Part shown: in pieces, positions 54,275-62,268 of the stretch
How positions within the stretch are numbered: position 1 is the first letter of the stretch
Layout of the letters: each line of letters begins with the position of its first letter
Origin: an uncultured Dehalococcoidia bacterium
Lineage (GTDB): Bacteria; Chloroflexota; Dehalococcoidia; Lucifugimonadales; UBA1127
Assembly (NCBI GenBank): GCA_964436745.1
Contig: CAYTEC010000004.1
Span: 1-62,268, forward strand
Length of the DNA: 62,268 nt
Direction: 5' to 3'
Notes under the pieces: model-generated
What the model saw: only the letters and a program-made list of their open reading frames with translations
Databases searched by the model: none
Told to the model about the DNA's origin: nothing
Position numbers and translations under genes: made by a program

Positions 54275-54375
54275 CGGGGGTGACCCACAGGGCTTCTTGA
54301 TTACCTGAGTTCAGGGTAGGCCCCGCTCATGGTGTCGAACCGTGCAGCCCCCGGAATGTCCTCCGGGCAGGCTCG

Positions 54376-54510
54376 GTCTGTCCCACCCGCCCACCCGAAC
54401 GGTCTTCTTCTGGGGGACACCCCCAGACCCCCGGGGAAGGACCGTCCCGTTCATAGTGAGTCCTTCAGCAGCCCGGGTTTAGGGCCCAGGGGAGGGTGAG
54501 GGGCCCAGCC
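54376..54510. repeat. interspersed repeat of the G-tract family (inverted copy with a ~55-nt internal insertion)
   Basis: The reverse complement of 54376..54436 is about 85% identical to 15362..15421. CCCACCCGCCCACCC at 54382..54396. The distal GGAGGGTGAGGGG block is at about 54490..54503. Confidence 0.6.
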
Positions 54511-54675
54511 CCTCACGGGTATCAGGACGGGCCGGACCGTTCGATACACGGCGGACGGAGCGCCAAGCGGCCAAGAGCCCATCCTCGGACAATCGGGTCC
54601 CCCCACGTGCCCGGTCACCGATCTACATTCTGTGTAGTATCCTGTGCCAAACCTGTCGTTCGGAGGTCGGTGGTG

Positions 54676-55287
54676 ATGACTCCTGAGAGGAAGAGTAGTC
54701 AAACGTGGGAAGACCTGGCCAGACTCGAACCGGCCAGGATTTGGCGCACGTCCGAGACTGCTGGCCGGAACTGCGCGCGGGACGGATGCTCTGTGACCAA
54801 AAGCATCACCTTCGATAAGCCCCTCTGTTATCCACATTGGAAGGAATTCGACGCGCTGGGGGTATTCGAATGCGAGCGGTGTCACTAGTTCGATGAGACG
54901 GTGGGTGAGTTCACCGAAGAGGACCTCTGCATGGAGTGCCTTGACCGTGAGCAGCGTGGCTTCGACCCGACGCCTGTCTATCCGCATGGTGCAGTGGAGC
55001 GTCACATCCGCTACTTGTACGTCCTGAAACTCGACGGTGGCATCTACTATGTTGGACAGACGAATGACCTGACGCTGCGGGCGAAGGAGCATGCCGATGG
55101 CCTCACGACCTCCACCCGTGGCAAGCACCCAAAGCTGGTGTGGTTCCAGAAGTGGATTGGACGGCGTGGCAAGTTGAATGACGAAGAAGATGCCCTAACC
55201 CACATCGCCATCAACCGGCCCCGCGCGCTCCGTCTCATGATAGAGGAATGGCAGAGACCTCTCAGGCTGGTGGATCTGGAGGCGTGA
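54676..55287 (+). pseudogene. zinc-ribbon + GIY-YIG nuclease domain protein interrupted by one in-frame TAG
   Basis: ATG 54676 (SD GGAGG) ..CARDGC..CYPHW..FECERCH, then TAG (54886..54888), then FDETVGEFTEEDLCMEC.. in the same frame. GIY-YIG motif YLYVLKLDGGIYYVGQTNDLTLRAKEH. The second ORF alone has a GTG start and no SD. Confidence 0.6.
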
Positions 55288-55494
55288 GGTGCCGTGCTCC
55301 ATAAGACTGCGGAGGTACTGTGACTGGGGTCTTCGTCCAGGAGCAGGCGCCGATGCGGATGGCCCCCTGGAGTAGGCGGTGGTGGGAGCCCCAACGGAGG
55401 CCCTCACCTGGCCCTACTTTCTCCGAGTGTCACCTGCGACAGGTGACCAGTCCGAACCCTCTGACGGCGGCGCTTCCGCCTGGCGTAGCGGGGC

Positions 55495-55682
55495 GCGGGG
55501 CCGCCCTTCGACAAGCTCAGGGTGAGCGGGGGAATGTCTCGTTCGTCGCATGCCTCGGCCGTTCATGGTGAGCCCGTCAAACGAGAACCCCCTGCGCGGG
55601 CGGCGCTCTGAACGGACGCCTCCGCGAAGGGGGGGTATGGCATCCCGCCCCCCAGAATGGGTGCAGGGCGCGCCCTGCCTAC
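55495..55682. repeat. composite interspersed palindromic repeat (CCCTTCGACAAGCTCAGG arm and GCAGGGCGCGCCCTGC core)
   Basis: 55504..55522 is the reverse complement of 16904..16922. Core at 55663..55678 preceded by CCCAGAATGGGT. Abuts the stop codon of the hotdog gene. Confidence 0.65.
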
Positions 55683-56749
55683 GCGTCGCCGGCGGCGGCC
55701 ACCTCCTCGGGCGTGCGGTGCAAGATCAGGGTCCCGCGGCTGACCCTCACCACCTCGCCGCGCTGGTTCCACGCCACCGTTGCGCTGGTCATCCAGAACG
55801 TCTTTGGGTCCAACCGCAGGGGCTTGATGACAACGTCCTCGTACCGACGCTTCGTCGTGATCATGTCGCCGACGCGCACCGGCTGGTAGTTCTCCTCCTC
55901 GGAGGAGAGGTTGGCGGCGTGGGTCCCCGGCGTGGGGAATTGGAACGTGGGGCTGCCCATCACCATGGTTGGGTCAGTCGGTGGCGGCCAGAACTCACGG
56001 TAGGTGATCGAGTAGGCCGGCGGGCAGATGACGCCCCCAAACCGGGTCGTCTTCGCGTAGGCCGGGTCCAAGTAGAGGGGATTGTCGTCCTTGATCATGT
56101 GGCAGAACCGCCGGATCGGCTCGTACTCCATCGGGTAAGTGAATGTGGAGGGCGCGCTCTCCCAGCCGATCCACTTCCGCGCTTCCTCCAGGTACTCCTC
56201 CGGCGTCCGAAGCTCGGACTCCGGCCGGGTCGCTGGCGCGGCCGACTCAGGGGCCTGGGGCGACATATCCAGGTACGCCTGGGAGGGCGTTGGGAAGGGC
56301 GGCGACCAGCCGGAGCGGGACGGGAGGGCAACGGTGGCGCGGGCGGGTGTGGTTACCTCGACGCGTTGGTTCCCCGCCCACAGCTCGATGTCGATCAGGT
56401 GCTCATCGCCATCTCGGTACTTGCGCGTCACCCGCCCACTGAACGTCGTCGTGTCCCCTGGGTGGTTCATGCGCCGCATCTGCTGGGTCGTCGACTTGAT
56501 CCAGCCGTCCAGCCCCACGTAGTCCCCGAGCATCCGGCCGAAGTGGCCGTTGTACCAGGTCGTGTGCATGAACATGTCTGCGTGGCCGCCCGATTGCGTG
56601 TACTCGCGGTCGAAGTGAACCTTGTCGTAGTTCTGCGTTGCCCCAACATGAATGACGATCTCCGTCATGTCGATGTTGACGCTGTGACCTGGGATCTCAT
56701 CTCCCTCTTGGACGTCATCCCAATACCTCTGTGGGGGGCGCTCCGCCAT
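55679..56749 (-). CDS. double hotdog-fold protein: N-terminal MaoC-like dehydratase domain fused to a C-terminal FAS1/HadA-like (MaoC_dehydrat_N-type) domain
   Basis: The N-terminal half is paralogous to 61418..61855; both end ..RATVALPSR(S/G)G. The C-terminal half is paralogous to 60782..61276 (..I.R/K...D.NPLYLD..YA.TT.FGG.I.PP..). Start at ATG 56749 with SD GGAGG. Confidence 0.75.
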   Translation of the reverse strand: MAERPPQRYWDDVQEGDEIPGHSVNIDMTEIVIHVGATQNYDKVHFDREYTQSGGHADMFMHTTWYNGHFGRMLGDYVGLDGWIKSTTQQMRRMNHPGDTTTFSGRVTRKYRDGDEHLIDIELWAGNQRVEVTTPARATVALPSRSGWSPPFPTPSQAYLDMSPQAPESAAPATRPESELRTPEEYLEEARKWIGWESAPSTFTYPMEYEPIRRFCHMIKDDNPLYLDPAYAKTTRFGGVICPPAYSITYREFWPPPTDPTMVMGSPTFQFPTPGTHAANLSSEEENYQPVRVGDMITTKRRYEDVVIKPLRLDPKTFWMTSATVAWNQRGEVVRVSRGTLILHRTPEEVAAAGDA

Positions 56750-56925
56750 GGTGGGCCTCCTTCCTCGCCGCCTGCTTTCCATCTCCTGGCCGGGGCCGTC
56801 CGGGCGGCCCGCCGCCCCTTGGTAGCACGCTATCGGGGCCTTGTCAATCTGCAGCTTTGACGTGAGCGTGTCCCTCCACTTATGCTAGCGGGGCGCTCCC
56901 AAAGGGGAGCTGGGCCCTCGCTGCC

Positions 56926-58770
56926 GTGAGGGCCGTGCGCGTGGGAGGTCCGGTGCGGGTTATCCTCCGAATCTTCAAACAGGTCCTCGGTCGGTACCGG
57001 ATGATGGTGCTGGGGGGTTACGTGTCCGTGGCGGGCGCGGCCCTCTTCGCCCTGGCCATACCGAAGGTGCTGGAATCTAGCGTGAACCGGCTCGTGGAAT
57101 CGGAGAGCGCGGACGCTTCTCAGCTGTACTTCCTGGCTGTAGGGCTCATCCTGGCGGGGGTTGCCAGGGGCCTCTTCTCCTTTGGTCAGACGTTCCTGGG
57201 CGAGGCCGTCGCTCAGCGCTGGGCCTACGACCTGCGGAACGAGTACTTCGACCGACTCCAGCACCTGAGCTTCGGCTTCCACGACAAGCAGACGACGGGC
57301 GCCCTCATGTCCCGCGCCACGGCCGACGTGGAGGGCGTCCGCATGTTCGTCAACATGGGCGCCATCCGCGCGGGGTTCGTGATAGCCATGGTCGGGGGCA
57401 TCGCGGTGGCCATGATGACGACTGACGTGAAGCTGGCTCTGGTGAGTCTCTCCTTCGTCCCGTTGCTGGGCTGGCGAGCCGTCGCCACCAGCAGGGGGCT
57501 CCGGAGGCGATGGTTGCGGGTTCAAGAGTTGACCGCGGAGATGATCACCGTCCTCCAAGAGAACCTTTCAGGGATACGCGTGGTCAAGGCGTTTGCCGCG
57601 GAGGAGCATGAGAGGGCGAAGTTCGCCAAGTCGTCCGGGGAGGTCGCGGACGAAACCCGGGATGCGCAGGTGGTCTGGGCCGGCAACTTCTCCGTCATGA
57701 ACTTCCTCTTCACGGCGGCCATCGGCGCCATCCTCTGGGTCGGCGGGAGCGAGGTCCTGGAGGGCCGGACGTTCGTGGATGGCCAGGCGGTCTTCTCCGG
57801 ACTTACGCCCGGAGAGTTCACGGCGTTCATCTTCTACATGGGGCTCCTGACGATGCCGGTGCGGATGATGGGCTGGATGGTGAACAGCTTCTCTCGCGCG
57901 TCATCGTGCGGGGAGCGGTTGTTCGCGATCCTGGACGCGGAGTCCCCGGTGGATGACTGCCCGGGGGCCAAGACCATGGGACGCGTTGGTGGGCGAGTGA
58001 CGTTCTCCGGCGTGTCCTTCCGGTACGACGGTGGGGCGCTTGCACTCCAGACGATAGACCTGGACGTGGAGCCGGGCCAGACGATAGCGCTGCTGGGCCG
58101 CCCCGGGAGCGGCAAGACAACGCTGGCGCACCTAATCCCCAGGTTCTATGACGTCACGGAGGGTTGCGTCACCATAGATGGGACCGACGTGCGGGACGTG
58201 ACCCTGGCCTCGTTGCGGGAGAACGTGGGCATCGTCCAGCAGGACGTGTTCATCCACAGCATGAGCATCGGCGAGAACATTGCGTACGGGGCCGTGGACG
58301 TGTCCCCGGAGCGGATCGCGGAAGTCGCCAGGGTCGCCCAGCTTGACGACTTCATAACCAGCCTCCCGGACGGCTACAACACCGCTGTCGGCGAGCGAGG
58401 CATCGGGCTGTCCGGCGGTCAGAAGCAGCGGCTGTCCATCGCCCGCACGCTCCTGCGCGACCCGCCCATCATCATCCTGGATGATTCGACGTCCAGCGTG
58501 GACGCGCAGACCGAGCACCGGCTCCAAGTTGCCGTCGAATCTGCCATCCAGGGCCGGACCACCTTCGTGATCACCCACCGGCTGAGCACGATCCGCGGCG
58601 CGGACGTCATCCTGGTGTTCAAGGACGGCGAGATTGTGCAGCGGGGGGACCATGAAGACCTGATCGCCCGGGGCGGCGAGTACAGGGACCTCTACGACCT
58701 GCAGCTGCGCCCCCAGGAAGAGGCAGCGCTCCATGTGCCTGGCGGCGACGGCGCCCAGGGGGCCACGTGA
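56926..58770 (+). CDS. ABC transporter ATP-binding protein/permease (type I exporter half-transporter)
   Basis: 6-TM N-terminal domain. Walker A GRPGSGKTT, LSGGQKQR, Walker B IIILDDSTS. Confidence 0.85.
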   Translation: MRAVRVGGPVRVILRIFKQVLGRYRMMVLGGYVSVAGAALFALAIPKVLESSVNRLVESESADASQLYFLAVGLILAGVARGLFSFGQTFLGEAVAQRWAYDLRNEYFDRLQHLSFGFHDKQTTGALMSRATADVEGVRMFVNMGAIRAGFVIAMVGGIAVAMMTTDVKLALVSLSFVPLLGWRAVATSRGLRRRWLRVQELTAEMITVLQENLSGIRVVKAFAAEEHERAKFAKSSGEVADETRDAQVVWAGNFSVMNFLFTAAIGAILWVGGSEVLEGRTFVDGQAVFSGLTPGEFTAFIFYMGLLTMPVRMMGWMVNSFSRASSCGERLFAILDAESPVDDCPGAKTMGRVGGRVTFSGVSFRYDGGALALQTIDLDVEPGQTIALLGRPGSGKTTLAHLIPRFYDVTEGCVTIDGTDVRDVTLASLRENVGIVQQDVFIHSMSIGENIAYGAVDVSPERIAEVARVAQLDDFITSLPDGYNTAVGERGIGLSGGQKQRLSIARTLLRDPPIIILDDSTSSVDAQTEHRLQVAVESAIQGRTTFVITHRLSTIRGADVILVFKDGEIVQRGDHEDLIARGGEYRDLYDLQLRPQEEAALHVPGGDGAQGAT

Positions 58771-60671
58771 TGGCTACCCAACCGGTGGGCTTCGGACACC
58801 TGGGGCGAGCCGGCCTGGACGAGATAGTCCTTGGAAAGCTGTACGACCACGGCGTCATGGTGCGCCTGTTCAAGTACGTGCTTCCATACCGGCGGTGGGC
58901 CCTCCTGGCCATCCTGGGGATGGCCGGGCACATCATAACCATGTCGGCGCAGCCCCTCATCATAGCCTGGGGAATCAACGGCTTCATCTCACCGGAGGCG
59001 ACGGATGGGGCGCGGTGGAGCGGCGTCCGGGTCGTCGCTCTTGTCTTCGTCGTCAACGCGGCCGTGAACATGGCCTCCAACTACCTTCAGTATTACTATC
59101 TGGCGCAGCTGAGCGTGAAGGTTCTGTACGACCTGCGCACCGGAATGTTCGATCACCTCCAGCGCCAGTCCACATCGTTCTTCGACCGGACAGAGGTGGG
59201 GCGGATCATGTCCCGCGTCCAGAACGACGTGAGCCAACTCCAGGAATTCATGGACGTGGGAATCATCACGGTGGGGGACATCGTGATGCTGGGTCTCATC
59301 GTCGCCGTCATGTTCTGGATGAGCGTGCCTTTGGCGGCCGTCACCCTGGCCACGGCGCCGGTGCTCCTAGTTGTCATGTTCTTCTGGCAGCGCTACTCCC
59401 GCTCCACCTTCGTTGCTGTCCGGACGGCCATCTCCGCAGTCAACGGCAGCCTGCAAGAGAACATCTCTGGAGTCCGGGTGGCCCAGAGCATGAACCGGCA
59501 GGACCTGAATCTGAAGAGGTTCGACGGGTTGAACGAGGTCCACCGGAACGCGAGCATCAAGGCCTCCTGGCTATCGGCCTTCCTCCTGCCGGTGGTGGAC
59601 ATCCTGACGGTGGCGGCCATGGGCGCCGTGCTGGTGGTTGGGGGAAAGATGGTCTTGGACGGCGCCCTGGACGTTGGGTTCCTAGTGGCGTTCCTCCTGT
59701 ACGTCCACAGGCTGTTCGAGCCCGTCCGCATCCTGGCGATGCAGTACACGGCGTTCCAGCGGGCAATGGCCTCGGGCTCTCGCATCTTCGAGGTGCTGGA
59801 CCTTGTGCCCGAGCTGGTGGACAGCGCTGACGCGGAGAGCATACCTCTGATAGAAGGAGACATCCGGTTCGAGGGAGTCTCCTTCAGCTACAACGCGGGC
59901 GTCGATGTCCTGAGCGATATCGATCTCCATATATCGCCGGGCCAGTCCGTAGCCGTGGTTGGGATGACCGGCGCGGGGAAGACCACTCTCATCTCCCTGG
60001 TGTCTCGACTCTACGATGTCGTCCATGGCCGCATCACAATCGACGGTCGGGATCTGCGGACCATCGAGCGCGAGTCCATGGCGCGGCAGATGAGCATGGT
60101 GTTGCAGGAGCCGTTCCTGTACTCCACAACCGTCAAAGAGAACATTCGCTACAACCACGCCGAGGTTACGGATGAGCAGGTCTACGAGGCTGCCAAGACC
60201 GTGGGTGCTCACGAATTCATCATGGCACTGGAAGGCGGCTACGACTCGATTCTCCAGGAGCGCGGCAACAACTTGAGCATGGGTCAGCGCCAGCTGATGA
60301 GCTTCGCCCGGGCCATCGCGGCGAACCCGCGCATACTGATCCTGGACGAGGCCACGGCCAGCATCGACTCCCACTCCGAGCAGCTCATCCAACGAGCGCT
60401 CAAGACCATCCTCCACGGCCGGACCTCCATCGTCATCGCCCATCGGCTCTCGACCATCACCGGCGCGGACAACATCGTGGTCCTGGAGCTTGGGCGAATC
60501 AAGGAGATGGGGACGCACGACGATTTGATGGCGCGCAACGGCGTCTACGCCAGCCTGTATGCGATGAACTTCGGGGAGACCCTCGACGGCAGCGGCGCCG
60601 ATCCGGCTGCAGCCGCCGCGGGGTCCGAGCGGGCCAACGACGCATCCTCGGATTGGTCAGCCGAGCGGTAG
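58767..60671 (+). CDS. ABC transporter ATP-binding protein/permease (type I exporter half-transporter)
   Basis: Overlaps the upstream stop (GTGATGG). Walker A GMTGAGKTT, LSMGQRQL, ILILDEATA. Likely heterodimer partner of 56926..58770. Confidence 0.85.
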   Translation: MMATQPVGFGHLGRAGLDEIVLGKLYDHGVMVRLFKYVLPYRRWALLAILGMAGHIITMSAQPLIIAWGINGFISPEATDGARWSGVRVVALVFVVNAAVNMASNYLQYYYLAQLSVKVLYDLRTGMFDHLQRQSTSFFDRTEVGRIMSRVQNDVSQLQEFMDVGIITVGDIVMLGLIVAVMFWMSVPLAAVTLATAPVLLVVMFFWQRYSRSTFVAVRTAISAVNGSLQENISGVRVAQSMNRQDLNLKRFDGLNEVHRNASIKASWLSAFLLPVVDILTVAAMGAVLVVGGKMVLDGALDVGFLVAFLLYVHRLFEPVRILAMQYTAFQRAMASGSRIFEVLDLVPELVDSADAESIPLIEGDIRFEGVSFSYNAGVDVLSDIDLHISPGQSVAVVGMTGAGKTTLISLVSRLYDVVHGRITIDGRDLRTIERESMARQMSMVLQEPFLYSTTVKENIRYNHAEVTDEQVYEAAKTVGAHEFIMALEGGYDSILQERGNNLSMGQRQLMSFARAIAANPRILILDEATASIDSHSEQLIQRALKTILHGRTSIVIAHRLSTITGADNIVVLELGRIKEMGTHDDLMARNGVYASLYAMNFGETLDGSGADPAAAAAGSERANDASSDWSAER

Positions 60672-60701
60672 GCTCCGCGCTCCCGCTCGGATAGAGCGTC
60701 G

Positions 60702-60731
60702 TTAGACCGGGCGTCCGACCGCCGCTATAAT
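60702..60731 (+). promoter_or_regulatory. candidate promoter (TTAGAC-N18-TATAAT) for the split hotdog genes
   Basis: cgTTAGACcgggcgtccgaccgccgcTATAATggc, about 50 nt upstream of ATG 60782. Confidence 0.4.
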
Positions 60732-60781
60732 GGCCGCAGCGACCGGTCGCGGCATCGCTTCTCACGGAAGGGGGCTATCCC

Positions 60782-61276
60782 ATGACAACCCAACCCGAGA
60801 CGTTGGTCACACAGGACATGATGGACAGAAAGGACCGTTGGAGCGAGGCGAGGGTCTCGCCGCCGATATCCGAGTCCGACATCCGCAAGTGGGCCATCGC
60901 TGTCTATTGGCCGGAGACTCCGCCCCGGCTCTACTGGGACGAGGAGTATGCAAGGACGACCAAGTGGAGCGGCATCGTGGCGCCGTGGGAGTTCAACCCC
61001 TTCGCATGGCCGGTCCAGCGCGAGCCGGCCCCCGCGGGTCTCGCGACGCCCCAGGGCGGAGGCGTGGGCACCCGCGGTATGAACGGCGGGCAGGAAGAGA
61101 GCTACCACGCCCCCATGAGGTCTGGCGACGTCATCTCCACGACCACGGCGCTGGTGGACTGGAACGAGCGCCAGACGCGCCTGGGGCTCACGCTGTTCAG
61201 CATCACAGAAACCCGCTGGACCAATCAGCGTGGTGACCTGGTGAAGGTGCGTCGCTCCACGGGCATCCGCTACTAG
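60782..61276 (+). CDS. FAS1/HadA-like hotdog-fold protein (MaoC_dehydrat_N type)
   Basis: ..SESDIRKWAIAVYW...YWDEEYARTTKWSGIVAPW.. is paralogous to the C-terminal half of 55679..56749. Confidence 0.7.
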   Translation: MTTQPETLVTQDMMDRKDRWSEARVSPPISESDIRKWAIAVYWPETPPRLYWDEEYARTTKWSGIVAPWEFNPFAWPVQREPAPAGLATPQGGGVGTRGMNGGQEESYHAPMRSGDVISTTTALVDWNERQTRLGLTLFSITETRWTNQRGDLVKVRRSTGIRY

Positions 61277-61417
61277 ATGTCCATCGTCCAAAGGGGGGCT
61301 TGAGGGGCGATGATGCGCGCCCCCGCGGCGGGTCGGACGGGCAGGCGTCACGGACGAGATCATCGGGACCGACTGAGAGTACGAGGCAGAATCGCTGGAC
61401 GCGTCAGGAGGCAGGTC

Positions 61418-61855
61418 ATGGCCAACAACGTGTACTTCGAGGACCTGGAGGTAGGGCAGGAGATCACCACGTGGTCTCGCAAGACCGACTTCATGCACTG
61501 GAACCGGTACGCCGCCGTGAACGACGAGTTCGTATACATCCACATGGACGACGAGGCCGGCAGAGCCGCTCTCAACGAGCAGGGCGCCTTCGGGATGGGC
61601 AACCTGAGATTCGCCTACCTGCACAACATGCTCCGCGACTGGGCGGGCGATGAAGCGCAGGTCAAGAGCGTCAGCTGCCAGTTCCGCGCCATCAACCAGA
61701 AGAACGACGTGCTGACGTGCGTTGGGAAGATCACCGACAAGCGGGTTGTGGACGGGGAGAGTCTGGTGGACCTGGAGGTTGACATTGTCAACCAGGCGGG
61801 CCAGGGGACCGCGCCCGGCCGCGCCACGGTCGCTCTCCCCTCCCGCGGCGGCTAG
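61418..61855 (+). CDS. MaoC-like dehydratase hotdog-fold protein
   Basis: ..YFEDLEVGQEI...RYAAVNDEFVYIHMDDE.. and C-terminal ..GRATVALPSRGG. SD AGGAGG before ATG 61418. Confidence 0.75.
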   Translation: MANNVYFEDLEVGQEITTWSRKTDFMHWNRYAAVNDEFVYIHMDDEAGRAALNEQGAFGMGNLRFAYLHNMLRDWAGDEAQVKSVSCQFRAINQKNDVLTCVGKITDKRVVDGESLVDLEVDIVNQAGQGTAPGRATVALPSRGG

Positions 61856-62034
61856 CGCCGCCGCCCCAGCGCTAGGGCGGGGATGAGTCGAAACGGACCG
61901 CTGGCAGGCGGCCTACCGTGGTGTGGGACGGTCGGGGATGTGGGGAACGGTCGGCCTGAAGCCCGTCCCCGGGTCGATCGTGACGGGGCAGCCGCGTCGT
62001 CAGAGGCGGGTCCGGGTCCCGTGGGAGGCAGGCC

Positions 62035-62118
62035 ATGCGGCTCAACAGGCCCTACCTGCACCGGACCTACGCTCCCTTCGGGGCCGAGCGGTTCAAGAAC
62101 TGGCGCATCGAGCGATAG
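62035..62118 (+). CDS. possible 27-aa small ORF (MRLNRPYLHRTYAPFGAERFKNWRIER)
   Basis: GGGAGG lies 7 nt upstream of the ATG. No other support, and it is too short to assess. Confidence 0.2.
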   Translation: MRLNRPYLHRTYAPFGAERFKNWRIER

Positions 62119-62268
62119 GGACTCCGCGGGATTCAGCGGCGGGTCCGGTCGCCCCAAGATGGGGGCTTCCCCTCTGTTGAGCCGCGGCCGGCGCGAAGGT
62201 TAGCTGGTGCTCTACTGACCTGCCCCCAATGGTTGTACCAGACGCTATGTTAGTCCCGCCAGTACTGG

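Noticed and set aside
54886-54888. Pyrrolysine at the in-frame TAG of the GIY-YIG gene.
   Set aside because: There are no pyl genes and no methylamine methyltransferase context in the window. TAG is used as an ordinary stop by several genes here, for example the ABC ATPase at 1187, the GNAT at 45685 and the VTT fragment. A pseudogene or an error is far more likely.

Overview
High-GC bacterial chromosomal segment. A hand-counted core line has 41 G+C per 60 nt. Gene content and repeat families look Chloroflexota-like, but that is a low-confidence inference. No searches were run, so every product call rests on motifs read by eye from the ORF track and the DNA.

I support about 60 protein genes, 3 tRNAs (Gly-CCC, Leu-TAG, Lys-CTT), one TPP riboswitch with a terminator platform, several canonical sigma70-like promoters and several intrinsic terminators.

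The core content is housekeeping:
- a TPP-controlled ABC importer
- an A-type Fe-S carrier plus ygfZ
- plsX-fabG-fabL and cmk-plsC
- gcvT-gcvH-gcvPA-gcvPB
- ftsZ, leuB, lepA, rsmI, ilvE and comEA
- an orphan OppD/OppF-type ATPase pair
- five MFS transporters from two paralogous families
- an HxlR/glutaredoxin/thioredoxin-like redox cluster
- a heterodimeric ABC exporter flanked by three hotdog-fold dehydratase genes

Items worth a second look:
1. A low-GC islet (2.3-4.6 kb) carries a HigB-like toxin, a HigA-type HTH fused to an ImmA/IrrE HExxH peptidase, an unplaceable 180-aa ORF and a small basic ORF.
2. Next to tRNA-Gly, a lipoprotein signal peptide is separated by a single in-frame TGA from a coiled-coil body made of 5 x 63-bp tandem repeats. 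A perfect hairpin lies just downstream of the TGA.
3. A zinc-ribbon/GIY-YIG nuclease gene is split by a single in-frame TAG that falls in the middle of a CxxC..CxxC motif.
4. A VTT/DedA-type gene is frameshifted and a sugar-kinase gene is truncated, so the window holds four disrupted ORFs in total.
5. At least three families of GC-rich palindromic interspersed repeats fill most long spacers. One family carries textbook G-quadruplex motifs.
6. A Vms1/VLRF1-like peptidyl-tRNA hydrolase homologue sits next to rsmI, and its catalytic-loop region has no Gln.
7. A PAP2-fold protein has its catalytic Lys and both His residues substituted.

I found no CRISPR array, transposase, integrase or rRNA. I cannot show that any of these items is a truly new system. 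The HigB/HTH-peptidase cassette and the two stop-interrupted genes are the best candidates.
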